The notes beneath the pieces are model-generated. The model saw only the letters and a program-made list of their open reading frames with translations. It was not told the origin of the DNA and did not search any database. The position numbers and the translations under genes were made by a program. From NCBI GenBank assembly GCA_963658625.1, contig CAVKRC010000003.1, positions 24,352-88,351 on the forward strand: 64,000 bases of DNA, given 5' to 3'. Origin of the DNA: a bacterium (GTDB taxonomy: Bacteria > Bacteroidota > Bacteroidia > Bacteroidales > Rikenellaceae). How positions within the stretch are numbered: position 1 is the stretch's first letter; each line of letters begins with the position of its first letter. Of this stretch, positions 1 to 8,713 are shown in pieces.

Positions 1-34
1 GCCAGATGTATTTTCTGAAAAGATTGGTAGCCAT
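1..34 (-). CDS. 5' end of a gene running off the window; possibly a WYL-domain transcriptional regulator
   Basis: ATG at 34-32 reads MATNLFRKYIW(L), resembling N-termini of Bacteroidales WYL proteins (M-x-x-NLF-x-[KR]YIWL). AT-rich leader and TATCTTTG promoter element at 59-66. Only 11 codons are visible. Confidence 0.45.
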   Translation of the reverse strand, partial: MATNLFRKYIW

Positions 35-110
35 AATTGTTTGTCATTTTATTTTCTGCAAAGATAAAGAGGGTAGTATGCCAAATTGTGGCACATAGTC
101 GGAAAAATAC

Positions 111-139
111 AAAAAAAAGTTGCTCCTGCGGGAGCAACT
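111..139 (-). terminator. Rho-independent terminator of the pssA-porin-SLT operon
   Basis: AGTTGCTCC-tgcg-GGAGCAACT hairpin with an adjacent A-run (U-tract on the minus strand). Confidence 0.8.
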
Positions 140-173
140 CCGATTTTTGTTGCGGCGGGTGCGCAAGGAGAGG

Positions 174-866
174 CTAATCCAATTCAGCCTTGCGGCAGTA
201 GTAGTTGTAGCGCGACATTACGGCATTGACGTATTTTATGGTCTCGTCGCTGCCGTTGAAAACGCCGAAACTGACCGCCTCGTGGTTGTAGAAATCGGCA
301 TCGGAGAGGAGGTAGAGGTATTCGGCGATAGTCTCCCACGAATACTTGTCGTCGCCGTAGAACTCTGCCAGATTGCAGGCATCGGAGATATGGGCATAAC
401 CGCCGTTGTAGCAGGCGAGCATTATTGCCATACGGTCGGCGGCGGGCACTCCGCGCGGCAGTTGCATCGACCGCTCGACCGACTTGATTATCTTTGCCGA
501 GAGTTCGATATTGCAAACAGGGTCGAGCAACTCCTTTTTCGAGACGCCGTATTTGCGGGCGACGTGCGGCATTATCTGCATAAGCCCCACCGCCCCGCGC
601 GAGGAGACAGCCCCGTCGTGGAAACGCGATTCGTTGTAGGCTATCGCGCTCATCAGTCGCCAGTCTATGCCCGACGCCTTGCCTACGCGACGGAAAACGT
701 TGTCGTAAATCGAGATTGCGCACTCGTCCTCGTCGAGCAGTTCGCTCGGTTCGACCGGGTCGGACAGTTTCGGCGAGCCGTACACGGCATCGAGCCACGA
801 TACGGAGGCTGCGCCGACTGCGGCGACGAACAAAAGCGGGAGTATCAGATTTTTGAAAATTTTCAT
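174..866 (-). CDS. Lytic transglycosylase, SLT domain (MltF C-terminal-like)
   Basis: Real start is MKIFKNLILPLLF (ATG at 866). Motifs IAYNESRF (catalytic Glu), GLMQIMP and ACYNGG; N-terminal hydrophobic segment. Confidence 0.85.
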   Translation of the reverse strand: MKIFKNLILPLLFVAAVGAASVSWLDAVYGSPKLSDPVEPSELLDEDECAISIYDNVFRRVGKASGIDWRLMSAIAYNESRFHDGAVSSRGAVGLMQIMPHVARKYGVSKKELLDPVCNIELSAKIIKSVERSMQLPRGVPAADRMAIMLACYNGGYAHISDACNLAEFYGDDKYSWETIAEYLYLLSDADFYNHEAVSFGVFNGSDETIKYVNAVMSRYNYYCRKAELD

Positions 867-937
867 AATAGTTTTCGTTTTTTTGTGAAACCCGGGCGGA
901 AAGTCCGCCCTGCAAAAAGGTTCTGCGATGCGGGAGG

Positions 938-3109
938 CTAATCGTAGAACGCCCACGACAGTCCGATTTTGAACATACCGGGGTTGAGAGGGTACTTGGC
1001 AACGGCGAAATACTCCTTGTTGCCGAACAGATTGTAGTTGATGTGCTGGTACTTGATAAGGATTCGCATTCGCTTCCATTTTGCGGCGACGAACAAATCC
1101 AAATACGGGTAGTTGCCCACCTTCACGTCGGACTGGTTGTAGAATACCGACAGTGCGGGTTCGTAGCCCTGCGCATAGTAGCGGGTGTTGAATCTGCCAT
1201 CGACACCTATCTGCACGCGCAGCACATCGCGCTTTATCCAAAATTCGTAGTAGTAGGACAAAAATGCCGAGACGAGCGGCAACGGCACCACCTCGCGGTC
1301 GGAGGTCAGTTGCACCAGCAGGCGGTGGTTGAGGTGCAGTCCCTTTATGGTAAAGTCCTTGCGGGCGTAAATGCTCGTAAGGCTGATATTGCCCGACGAC
1401 TGATGAGGCATACAGTCGGGACCGTAGTAGATTTTGTTGCGCAGGAAACTCTGCCATGCGCCTAATTCGATGCCGTAGTCGGGTACGGTGAAGGCGACAT
1501 TGAAGCGCGTCTCCGCCTCCTTGCCGAAATCGTTGTCCCAACGGAAGTGGTTGGACGACCAGTGTTCGTGCCAATAACCCGGAGTGGTACTCGATTCGGA
1601 GAATGTACCCGAGAGAATCAGCGGCTTGCCCTTGATGTAGGCTTTGAATGCGACATTCGCGCCGAACGAGTAGTCGCCGCCGCGGTAGCCCGACGGGTAG
1701 ATTTTGAAATCGGCACCCCAATCGACATACTTTTTGATTTTGCCATCGACCGAGCCGTAGGCGAACCACGAGGTCTTTTTGGTGCGTCCGCTCTTGCCCG
1801 AGAGGTAGTTATCGACAGCGAATTGGGAATAGGTGTGGACATCGACGCCCACGCCGCCGTCGATGGTACCGACCACGCCGTTGCGATCCCAAGGCTGCGC
1901 CTGCACGAAAAGGCGGTTGGAGATGATGCGCTCGTAGGTCGAATCGCGCGATTCGAGCGGGTTGAGATACCAATTCTTATAATATACGTCGGTATGCGGC
2001 ACATATGAGCCGTCGTCGTTGCGCGAATAACGCTCGTCGGTATAGGTCGCGAATTTGTCGGTGTAGATTTTGCTCCACGAGTTGTATTCGAACGTGTGTC
2101 CGATATAGACCGCCGAGAGTTCAGCCATAGAGAAATCGCGCTCGGTCATTCGCTGCAACGGAATACCGATGGACTGCTTGATGAAAAAGGCGTTGTTGCG
2201 ATAGACGTTTTTGGCGTTCGCGCCCGCGAGTTTCATCGGGATACCCGACGGCATCTCGAAAGTGGTGTCGCGCACAGCCCACTCGCCGACCACGCCGCCG
2301 TTCTCCTGCTGTTCGATGTGGTTGCTGAAATAGCCGCCGTGAATCGAATAGCGTTTGCCCGTATGGGCGAAGGTTCCGGCAAAATCCTGATTCTTGACAC
2401 GCGCACGGTCGTACTTGCCTCGCGCACCGCGAGCCTTGTAGTTGATGCCGACCGAGGTCGATGGCGAGATGTTTTGCGAAAGAGTGAGTTCGAAATGCTC
2501 CTCGCGGTAGCGTTTTTGTCCCGATTCGAGATATGTCAGCCAGATGTAGGGGTGCTTCATATTGTAGAACGGGACATTCTCCAACGTGTAGTTGTAGGCG
2601 TCGTAGGGTTGCGAGAATGTAAATTCGCGCGAACGGCTGCGGTCGAAATAGTTGGTCGCGGTCGAAGCCTGACCCAGACCGCCGACGGAGTTGTAACCCA
2701 AGCCATCGACGAGGTGCGGGTAGTCGATACGCCACGAGGCGAGCGTGGTGTCTATCGGCATAACATCGACCGTGTTGTAGTCGCGGTCGATATGCCACTG
2801 GAAATTGCGCAGACCGCGAATGGAGTCGCTGAAAAAGTAGGATTCCAAAGGTTTGCGCTCGCGCTTTTTCTTGGTCGAATCGGCTTTTTCGCCCTGTGCG
2901 CCCTCGCCGTTTTCGCCATTCTCGCCCTCGACGCCCTGACCGTTGGCGGTGTCGTATGGGTTCTGACCGTAACCGCCCGTGATGTTCTGACCGTTGCGCT
3001 GGGCACGCATCAATGCGCTCGCGCTGATTTGGGCATCGGCGACGGCGGCAATCGAGAGCAGTGCAATCGACAGAAGAAAGGTTGTTATTCGGCGAATGTT
3101 CGGACGCAT
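938..3109 (-). CDS. Putative outer-membrane porin (Bacteroidota 'putative porin' family)
   Basis: 723 aa, signal peptide, ENGG motif, alternating beta-strand pattern, C-terminal GLSWAFYD. Confidence 0.75.
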   Translation of the reverse strand: MRPNIRRITTFLLSIALLSIAAVADAQISASALMRAQRNGQNITGGYGQNPYDTANGQGVEGENGENGEGAQGEKADSTKKKRERKPLESYFFSDSIRGLRNFQWHIDRDYNTVDVMPIDTTLASWRIDYPHLVDGLGYNSVGGLGQASTATNYFDRSRSREFTFSQPYDAYNYTLENVPFYNMKHPYIWLTYLESGQKRYREEHFELTLSQNISPSTSVGINYKARGARGKYDRARVKNQDFAGTFAHTGKRYSIHGGYFSNHIEQQENGGVVGEWAVRDTTFEMPSGIPMKLAGANAKNVYRNNAFFIKQSIGIPLQRMTERDFSMAELSAVYIGHTFEYNSWSKIYTDKFATYTDERYSRNDDGSYVPHTDVYYKNWYLNPLESRDSTYERIISNRLFVQAQPWDRNGVVGTIDGGVGVDVHTYSQFAVDNYLSGKSGRTKKTSWFAYGSVDGKIKKYVDWGADFKIYPSGYRGGDYSFGANVAFKAYIKGKPLILSGTFSESSTTPGYWHEHWSSNHFRWDNDFGKEAETRFNVAFTVPDYGIELGAWQSFLRNKIYYGPDCMPHQSSGNISLTSIYARKDFTIKGLHLNHRLLVQLTSDREVVPLPLVSAFLSYYYEFWIKRDVLRVQIGVDGRFNTRYYAQGYEPALSVFYNQSDVKVGNYPYLDLFVAAKWKRMRILIKYQHINYNLFGNKEYFAVAKYPLNPGMFKIGLSWAFYD

Positions 3110-3116
3110 CGTATTG

Positions 3117-3836
3117 TTATTTCGACCGTTTGAAAATCCACATCAAGGTCGAAACGGCAATATATATAACGATAATCAGAGGAATTGCGTATATGCGGAG
3201 CGACAAAAGTGCGACAATCGCGAAAATGAGGAACGAGTAGCGCACCTCGTTGCCGTGCCAACCGAAAGAGTGAGCCTTGAATTTGAACGAGAACATTCGT
3301 ATCGGGCTGACAAGCAGAGCCGACACGACGAAGGCGATAAGCAGAATCCACTCGCGGGCAATCACCCAGTCGCCCGTTGTGCAAACGGCTGCCAAAGAGG
3401 TGCAGAATATGCCGTTGGCGGTGGTGGTCAGACCGCTGAACTCCTCGTGCTGCGAATCGTCGATATTGAATTTGGCAAGGCGCAGAGCCGAGAATGCGGT
3501 GATTACGAAGGGAATGTAGCGGGCATATTCGCCGTCGAGCCACGTCCAGCCGAATGCGCTCGGAGCCGAGACGAAAAGGGCGGAGAGGGCGGCAGCGGGA
3601 GCCGTACCGAACGATACCATATCGGCGAGCGAATCGAGTTGGACGCCGATTGCCGACGACTGTTTGAGCATACGCGCCGCGAAGCCGTCGAAAAAGTCCA
3701 GAACGGCGGCGGCGATTACCAGCGCGAATGCGAGCGCGAGGTTGCCATAGACGAGCGAGGCGACTATCGAACCGACGCCGCAGAGCAGGTTGCCGAGCGT
3801 AATAAAATTAGGTATCGTAAATAATTTAATTTTCAT
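3117..3836 (-). CDS. pssA: CDP-diacylglycerol--serine O-phosphatidyltransferase
   Basis: CDP-alcohol phosphotransferase signature DFFDGFAAR...G..LDSLADMVSFG, plus ALRLAKFN. Confidence 0.9.
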   Translation of the reverse strand: MKIKLFTIPNFITLGNLLCGVGSIVASLVYGNLALAFALVIAAAVLDFFDGFAARMLKQSSAIGVQLDSLADMVSFGTAPAAALSALFVSAPSAFGWTWLDGEYARYIPFVITAFSALRLAKFNIDDSQHEEFSGLTTTANGIFCTSLAAVCTTGDWVIAREWILLIAFVVSALLVSPIRMFSFKFKAHSFGWHGNEVRYSFLIFAIVALLSLRIYAIPLIIVIYIAVSTLMWIFKRSK

Positions 3837-3923
3837 TTTTAACAGTGTTTAACCCGACAAAGTTATAAAATATTTTTATCTTTGTTTCCGAGAACACCGA
3901 TTTATAAACAAACACTACTATAT

Positions 3924-5003
3924 ATGACTTCCGAAAAGGATATTTATTGCGTGATTATGGCAGGCGGTATGGGTACTCGATTCTGGCCCAAAAGCCGTCG
4001 CGATATGCCCAAACAGTTCCTCGACATATTCGGAACGGGCAAGTCGTTTATCCGTATGACATACGAGAGATTCGCCCGTCGAATACCCGCCGACCGCTTC
4101 CTCGTGGTTACCAACGTGCGTTACAAGCAGTTGGTATTGGAACACATACCCGAATTGGACGAAAAACAGATATTGTGCGAACCTATCGGACGCAACACCG
4201 CGCCGTGCATCTGCTATGCAGCCTACTATCTGCACCGCATCGACCCGCAGGCGATGATGGTGGTGTCGCCCGCCGACCATATGATTTTGGACGAACCCGC
4301 ATTCGATGCCGTGCTGAGCGATACCGTCGAGTTCGCCGACACGCATAACGCGCTGATGACCATAGGCATTAATCCGACCCGACCCGAAACGGGCTACGGC
4401 TATATTCAGGTGTCGGACGACAAGGCAATATCGAAGGTCAAGTGCTTCACCGAGAAGCCGAACCTCGAACTGGCGCAGACATTTATACAGTGCGGCGAGT
4501 TCCTGTGGAATTCGGGCATTTTCGTATGGAAAGTGAACGACATCATCGAGGCTGTCGCCAAGTATCTGCCCGAACACCACGCGCTCTTCTCGGCTATCGA
4601 ACAGGATTTGGGAACACCGCGCGAAAAGGAGGCTGTCGAGCAGGTATTCTCGCAGTGCCGCGCCATATCGATAGACTACGGCGTGATGGAGAAGGCGGAC
4701 AACGTGTTCGTCCATCGCGGCGATTTCGGTTGGAGCGATGTCGGGACGTGGGGTTCGCTCTACCAGCATTCGCGCAAGGACAAGTATGCCAACGCCAAGC
4801 CCGTAGAGGGTTGCTACACATACGACACGCGCAACTCCATCATCTCGCTTCCGACGGGCAAAATAGCGGTCATCAACGGTTTGCGCGACTACATAGTGGT
4901 CGATACCGACGATGTGCTGATGATTTGTCCGCGCTCGGAGGAGCAGAACATCAAAAAGTTTATCGACGAGGTCAAATTCCAAAGCGGAGACGAGCATATA
5001 TAA
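3924..5003 (+). CDS. manC: Mannose-1-phosphate guanylyltransferase
   Basis: IMAGGMGTRFWPKSR, PKQF, EPIGRNTAP, PADH, FTEKP, WNSGIF, WSDVGTW; ATG at 3924. Confidence 0.92.
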   Translation: MTSEKDIYCVIMAGGMGTRFWPKSRRDMPKQFLDIFGTGKSFIRMTYERFARRIPADRFLVVTNVRYKQLVLEHIPELDEKQILCEPIGRNTAPCICYAAYYLHRIDPQAMMVVSPADHMILDEPAFDAVLSDTVEFADTHNALMTIGINPTRPETGYGYIQVSDDKAISKVKCFTEKPNLELAQTFIQCGEFLWNSGIFVWKVNDIIEAVAKYLPEHHALFSAIEQDLGTPREKEAVEQVFSQCRAISIDYGVMEKADNVFVHRGDFGWSDVGTWGSLYQHSRKDKYANAKPVEGCYTYDTRNSIISLPTGKIAVINGLRDYIVVDTDDVLMICPRSEEQNIKKFIDEVKFQSGDEHI

Positions 5004-6256
5004 TGGCGGATTTGTATTCTCTTTTCGAGCAGTGCGCAGGCGTATGCACCGATTCGCGCAATGTGGGCAAAGACTCGCTGTTTTTTGCCCTGCACGGAGC
5101 ATCGTTCGACGGTAACCGTTTCGCCGCCGACGCTTTGGCGAAGGGGGCAAGGTATGCCGTGGTGGATTCGGACGAGCCTTTGAGCGCACACCCCGAAGCA
5201 GCGGAGCAAATGGTGCGCGTAGATGATACGCTTGCGGCATTGCAGGCATTGGCGCGCGAACATCGCCGACGGCTGGCGATTCCGATTGTCGGCATAGTCG
5301 GCAGCAACGGCAAAACCACCACCAAGGAGTTGGTCGCGCGGGTTTTGGCGCAACGGTTCAAGGTTTATGCCACGCACGGCAACCTCAACAACCACATCGG
5401 CGTACCGCTGACACTGCTCGCGATGACGCGCGAGACGGAGTTCGGCGTGGTGGAGATGGGCGCGAGCGCGTGCGGCGAAATAGCGTCGCTGTGCAGCATA
5501 TCGGAGCCTAATTACGGCATAATCACCAATATAGGGCGTTCGCATCTGGAAGGATTCGGCGGTGTCGATGGCATTCGACGAGGCAAGGGCGAACTGTTCG
5601 ATTATCTCGCGCAAAACGGCGGTCGGGCATTCGTGCCGCAGGAGGACGAGGTACTTGTCGAGATGGCTGCCGAGCGGAAAGGTATGGCGGTCGAGACCTA
5701 CTCGCGCCGCATAGCCGACGGCGTCGAGAGCCGTCTGTCGGGCGACTACAACCGCTGCAACATCGCGGCGGCGGTAGCAATCGGCAGATATTTCGACATC
5801 GACGACGAGCGCATTCGTGCGGCGGTGGCGTCGTACACTCCCGACAACAACCGTTCGCAGGAGGTGCTTTCGGAGCGCGGCAATCTGCTGATTGTCGATT
5901 GCTACAACGCCAATCCGTCGAGTATGAAGGCGTCAATCGACAACATAGCGGCACACGCGGGCAAGCATAAGATATTGATTCTCGGCGATATGCTCGAACT
6001 CGGGCAGTGGTCGGCAGAGGAGCATCGCCGCGTGTTGGAGTCGGCTCTGAAAATCGAGGGGGCGGAATTTCTGCTCGTCGGCAAGGATTTTGCCGAGGCA
6101 TACGGGACGTTGGAGAGTGCGGGACACATCTGCCACGCATTCGACACGACCGACGCTGCGGCGGAGTATCTGCAACGAAATACGCCGTCGGGCGCGACGA
6201 TTCTTTTGAAAGGGTCGCACCGCTGGGCATTGGAAAAACTTGTAAAACTACTATAA
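5003..6256 (+). CDS. murF: UDP-N-acetylmuramoyl-tripeptide--D-Ala-D-Ala ligase
   Basis: TDSR, GSNGKTTTKE P-loop, GNLNNHIGVP, DCYNANPSSM, GDMLELG, LKGS; start coupled to the manC stop (TAATG). Confidence 0.93.
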   Translation: MADLYSLFEQCAGVCTDSRNVGKDSLFFALHGASFDGNRFAADALAKGARYAVVDSDEPLSAHPEAAEQMVRVDDTLAALQALAREHRRRLAIPIVGIVGSNGKTTTKELVARVLAQRFKVYATHGNLNNHIGVPLTLLAMTRETEFGVVEMGASACGEIASLCSISEPNYGIITNIGRSHLEGFGGVDGIRRGKGELFDYLAQNGGRAFVPQEDEVLVEMAAERKGMAVETYSRRIADGVESRLSGDYNRCNIAAAVAIGRYFDIDDERIRAAVASYTPDNNRSQEVLSERGNLLIVDCYNANPSSMKASIDNIAAHAGKHKILILGDMLELGQWSAEEHRRVLESALKIEGAEFLLVGKDFAEAYGTLESAGHICHAFDTTDAAAEYLQRNTPSGATILLKGSHRWALEKLVKLL

Positions 6257-6257
6257 A

Positions 6258-7967
6258 ATGAAAAGAATCACAATGTTACTCGCTTTGGCTGCGACCGTTT
6301 TCACAATCGGCACATCGTCGGCAAAGCGCACCCCGCAATGGCTCGACGATGCCGTCATCTACCACATCTACCCGTCGTCCTTTATGGACTCGAACGGCGA
6401 CGGCGTGGGCGACCTGAACGGCATACGCTCGCGCTTGGACTACATCAAGAGCGTGGGCTTCAACTGTATATGGCTCTCGCCGTGCTTTGCGAGCGACTGG
6501 AAGGACGGCGGCTACGACATCACCGATTTCTATGCGGTCGATAAGCGTTTCGGTACCAACGACGACCTCTTTGCTCTCGTCAAGGAGGCTCACTCCAAGG
6601 GTATCAAGGTGTTGCTCGACTTGGTTGCGGGACATACCTCGATAAAGCACCCGTGGTTTCAGGCTTCCGCCAAGGCGGAACGCAACGAGTACAGCGACTA
6701 TTTTATATGGACGAACGGCAAACCTGCCAAGAAGCCGGGCAAGAAGTTCGTCGATAACAAATCGTTGGAGCGCGACGGATACTACATCAAAAACTTTTTC
6801 AGCATTCAGCCCGCACTCAACTACGGCTATTACAAGCCCAATCCAGCCCACGAGTGGGAGCAGGGCTATGACGAGGCGGGACCTACGGCAGTGCGCAAGG
6901 AGTTGATGAACATCATCGACTTTTGGTGCAGCCACGGCGTTGACGGCTTCCGCGTCGATATGGCGAACTCGCTCGTGCGTGGCGACAACGAGGCGAAAGA
7001 CGGCATCTGCCGCTTGTGGAACGAGATATTCGCGTGGTATCGCACCAAATTTCCCGAGAATATAATGTTGGCGGAATGGGGCATTCCAGAGCAGGCTCTG
7101 CGCGCAGGTTTCGACATCGACCTGCTGATTCACAACGACAAAAAGATTTGCGGCAAAATCTACCGCCCGCTCGTCTGCGAGACTACCGACCGCCTCGCCC
7201 ATACCGACTGCTATTTCAACAAGGCGGGCAAGGGCGACCTGCATCAGCCGATGACGCTCTATGCCCAAGTCGTCGGCGATTTCAAGCGACTGGGCGGTTA
7301 TGCGTCGATGCCTACTTGCAGCCACGATATATGGCGACTGCGCCGTATGAACCGCAACACGGAGGAGGAGCAGAAGGTCGTGCTGACCATGTTTCTGACG
7401 CTGCCTACACCTCCTATCGTATATTACGGCGAGGAGATAGGTATGCGCAACCTCGAATACGCTCCGCCGAAGGAGGGCAGTTTCTCGTCGCGCAACCGCT
7501 CGACCTGCCGCACCCCGATGCAGTGGGACACGACAGCCAACGCAGGTTTCTCGACGATAAAAAATGCCGAAAAACTCTATCTGCCTGTCGATAACGCGCC
7601 CGATGCGCCGAACGTGGCGACAGAGGAAAAAGACGCACATTCGATACTCAACTATGTCAAGGGGCTGATTGCCTTGCGCAAGGCGACGCCTGCACTCGGC
7701 ACGGCGGGCGAATGGGAGTATGTCGGCGATTTGGACAACCCTTATCCGATGATTTACAAGCGTTCGTTAGACGGTAAGAATTACCTCGTAGTACTCAATC
7801 CGAGCGGTCGCGTCGCTACGGGTTCGACTGCCAAATTGGGCAAAAAGGCGGTGTGGGTTTACGGCAACGATGCCCGCCTTGCCAAGTGCAAGACCTCGGC
7901 TGACGGTCATACGTTTACGATGCAGCCTGTAAGCGCGGCGATTTACGAGATAGAATGGGTACGCTGA
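6258..7967 (+). CDS. Secreted GH13 alpha-amylase/alpha-glucosidase family enzyme
   Basis: Signal peptide; DSNGDGVGDL, GYDITDF, DGFRVD (nucleophile), AEW (acid/base), SHD, YYGEEIGM, RTPMQW. Confidence 0.9.
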   Translation: MKRITMLLALAATVFTIGTSSAKRTPQWLDDAVIYHIYPSSFMDSNGDGVGDLNGIRSRLDYIKSVGFNCIWLSPCFASDWKDGGYDITDFYAVDKRFGTNDDLFALVKEAHSKGIKVLLDLVAGHTSIKHPWFQASAKAERNEYSDYFIWTNGKPAKKPGKKFVDNKSLERDGYYIKNFFSIQPALNYGYYKPNPAHEWEQGYDEAGPTAVRKELMNIIDFWCSHGVDGFRVDMANSLVRGDNEAKDGICRLWNEIFAWYRTKFPENIMLAEWGIPEQALRAGFDIDLLIHNDKKICGKIYRPLVCETTDRLAHTDCYFNKAGKGDLHQPMTLYAQVVGDFKRLGGYASMPTCSHDIWRLRRMNRNTEEEQKVVLTMFLTLPTPPIVYYGEEIGMRNLEYAPPKEGSFSSRNRSTCRTPMQWDTTANAGFSTIKNAEKLYLPVDNAPDAPNVATEEKDAHSILNYVKGLIALRKATPALGTAGEWEYVGDLDNPYPMIYKRSLDGKNYLVVLNPSGRVATGSTAKLGKKAVWVYGNDARLAKCKTSADGHTFTMQPVSAAIYEIEWVR

Positions 7968-8623
7968 TTTCGGTTGTTGTCGCCATAGTCGGCTTTGCAG
8001 TTGCCGCTCTGCCTGCCGTGCCGGCATTCTTCTTCCTGTTCCGCTGGGAGAAGATGCGTGATTGGTTCAACGAACGGGCAGGGTCGGACTTTATGCCCTA
8101 CGACCGTCTGGATCGCAGATTGTTGCACGGACTCGTGTTGGGGCTTATGCTCTCCTTCGTCTGCCCGTCTTTCGCACTGTTGGCAAGCGTGACATTGGGC
8201 GTGGTCATACCCGCTTTGGAAGACCACCTCGCGATTTTAATTCCGTTTGCCGTCGTAGCGTACTTCGCGCCGCTTGCGATTTATATCGCGGTGCGCAATT
8301 CGCACCGCGCCAAAAGCATAGGCAGGCGCGCCGCACGGTGGGAGATGGTCTATATATGCGTGGCATCGTACACAATCGTATGGCTCGTTTCTTTGGGCTG
8401 CGCAATGTTCGTATATTTTATCATATACCTGATTCTTCGCGAAATAGCCCGCACACCGTTGGGCGGCAGTTCGGACGATTCGTCCCACGGCAACAAATGT
8501 TGCGGCAACTGCTCCTACTACGACTACGATTCGGAGAATATGGTCGGCTGGTGTCGCGCCCGAACTGATACGGTCAAAGCGAGCGATTACTGCTCGACGC
8601 ACAACAACAATTGCGGCTACTGA
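7955..8623 (+). CDS. Hypothetical multi-pass membrane protein with C-terminal Cys cluster
   Basis: Several hydrophobic segments, then CCGNC-x13-C-x12-CSTH; overlaps the GH13 stop and is followed by a terminator. Confidence 0.7.
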   Translation: MGTLISVVVAIVGFAVAALPAVPAFFFLFRWEKMRDWFNERAGSDFMPYDRLDRRLLHGLVLGLMLSFVCPSFALLASVTLGVVIPALEDHLAILIPFAVVAYFAPLAIYIAVRNSHRAKSIGRRAARWEMVYICVASYTIVWLVSLGCAMFVYFIIYLILREIARTPLGGSSDDSSHGNKCCGNCSYYDYDSENMVGWCRARTDTVKASDYCSTHNNNCGY

Positions 8624-8628
8624 TATTT

Positions 8629-8660
8629 AACGGCGCAGGCGACAAACCTGCGCCGTTTTT
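8629..8660 (+). terminator. Rho-independent terminator
   Basis: AACGGCGCAGG / CCTGCGCCGTT stem followed by a T-run. Confidence 0.85.
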
Positions 8661-8689
8661 GTTATTTTCGCGGGAAATCAGTAGATTTG
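8658..8689 (+). promoter_or_regulatory. Bacteroidota primary-sigma promoter for the OPT operon
   Basis: TTTG (8658-8661), 20 nt, TAGATTTG (8682-8689). Confidence 0.6.
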
Positions 8690-8713
8690 CGGTTATAAAA
8701 CCGTATTTATTCT

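Noticed and set aside
174..1769. N-terminally extended ORF-track versions of SLT, murF (4442), licD (26239), tsaC (57339) and thrS (33948)
   Set aside because: The extensions overlap neighbouring genes or promoters and lack homology motifs; downstream ATGs fit family N-termini, so these are not fusions or frameshifts
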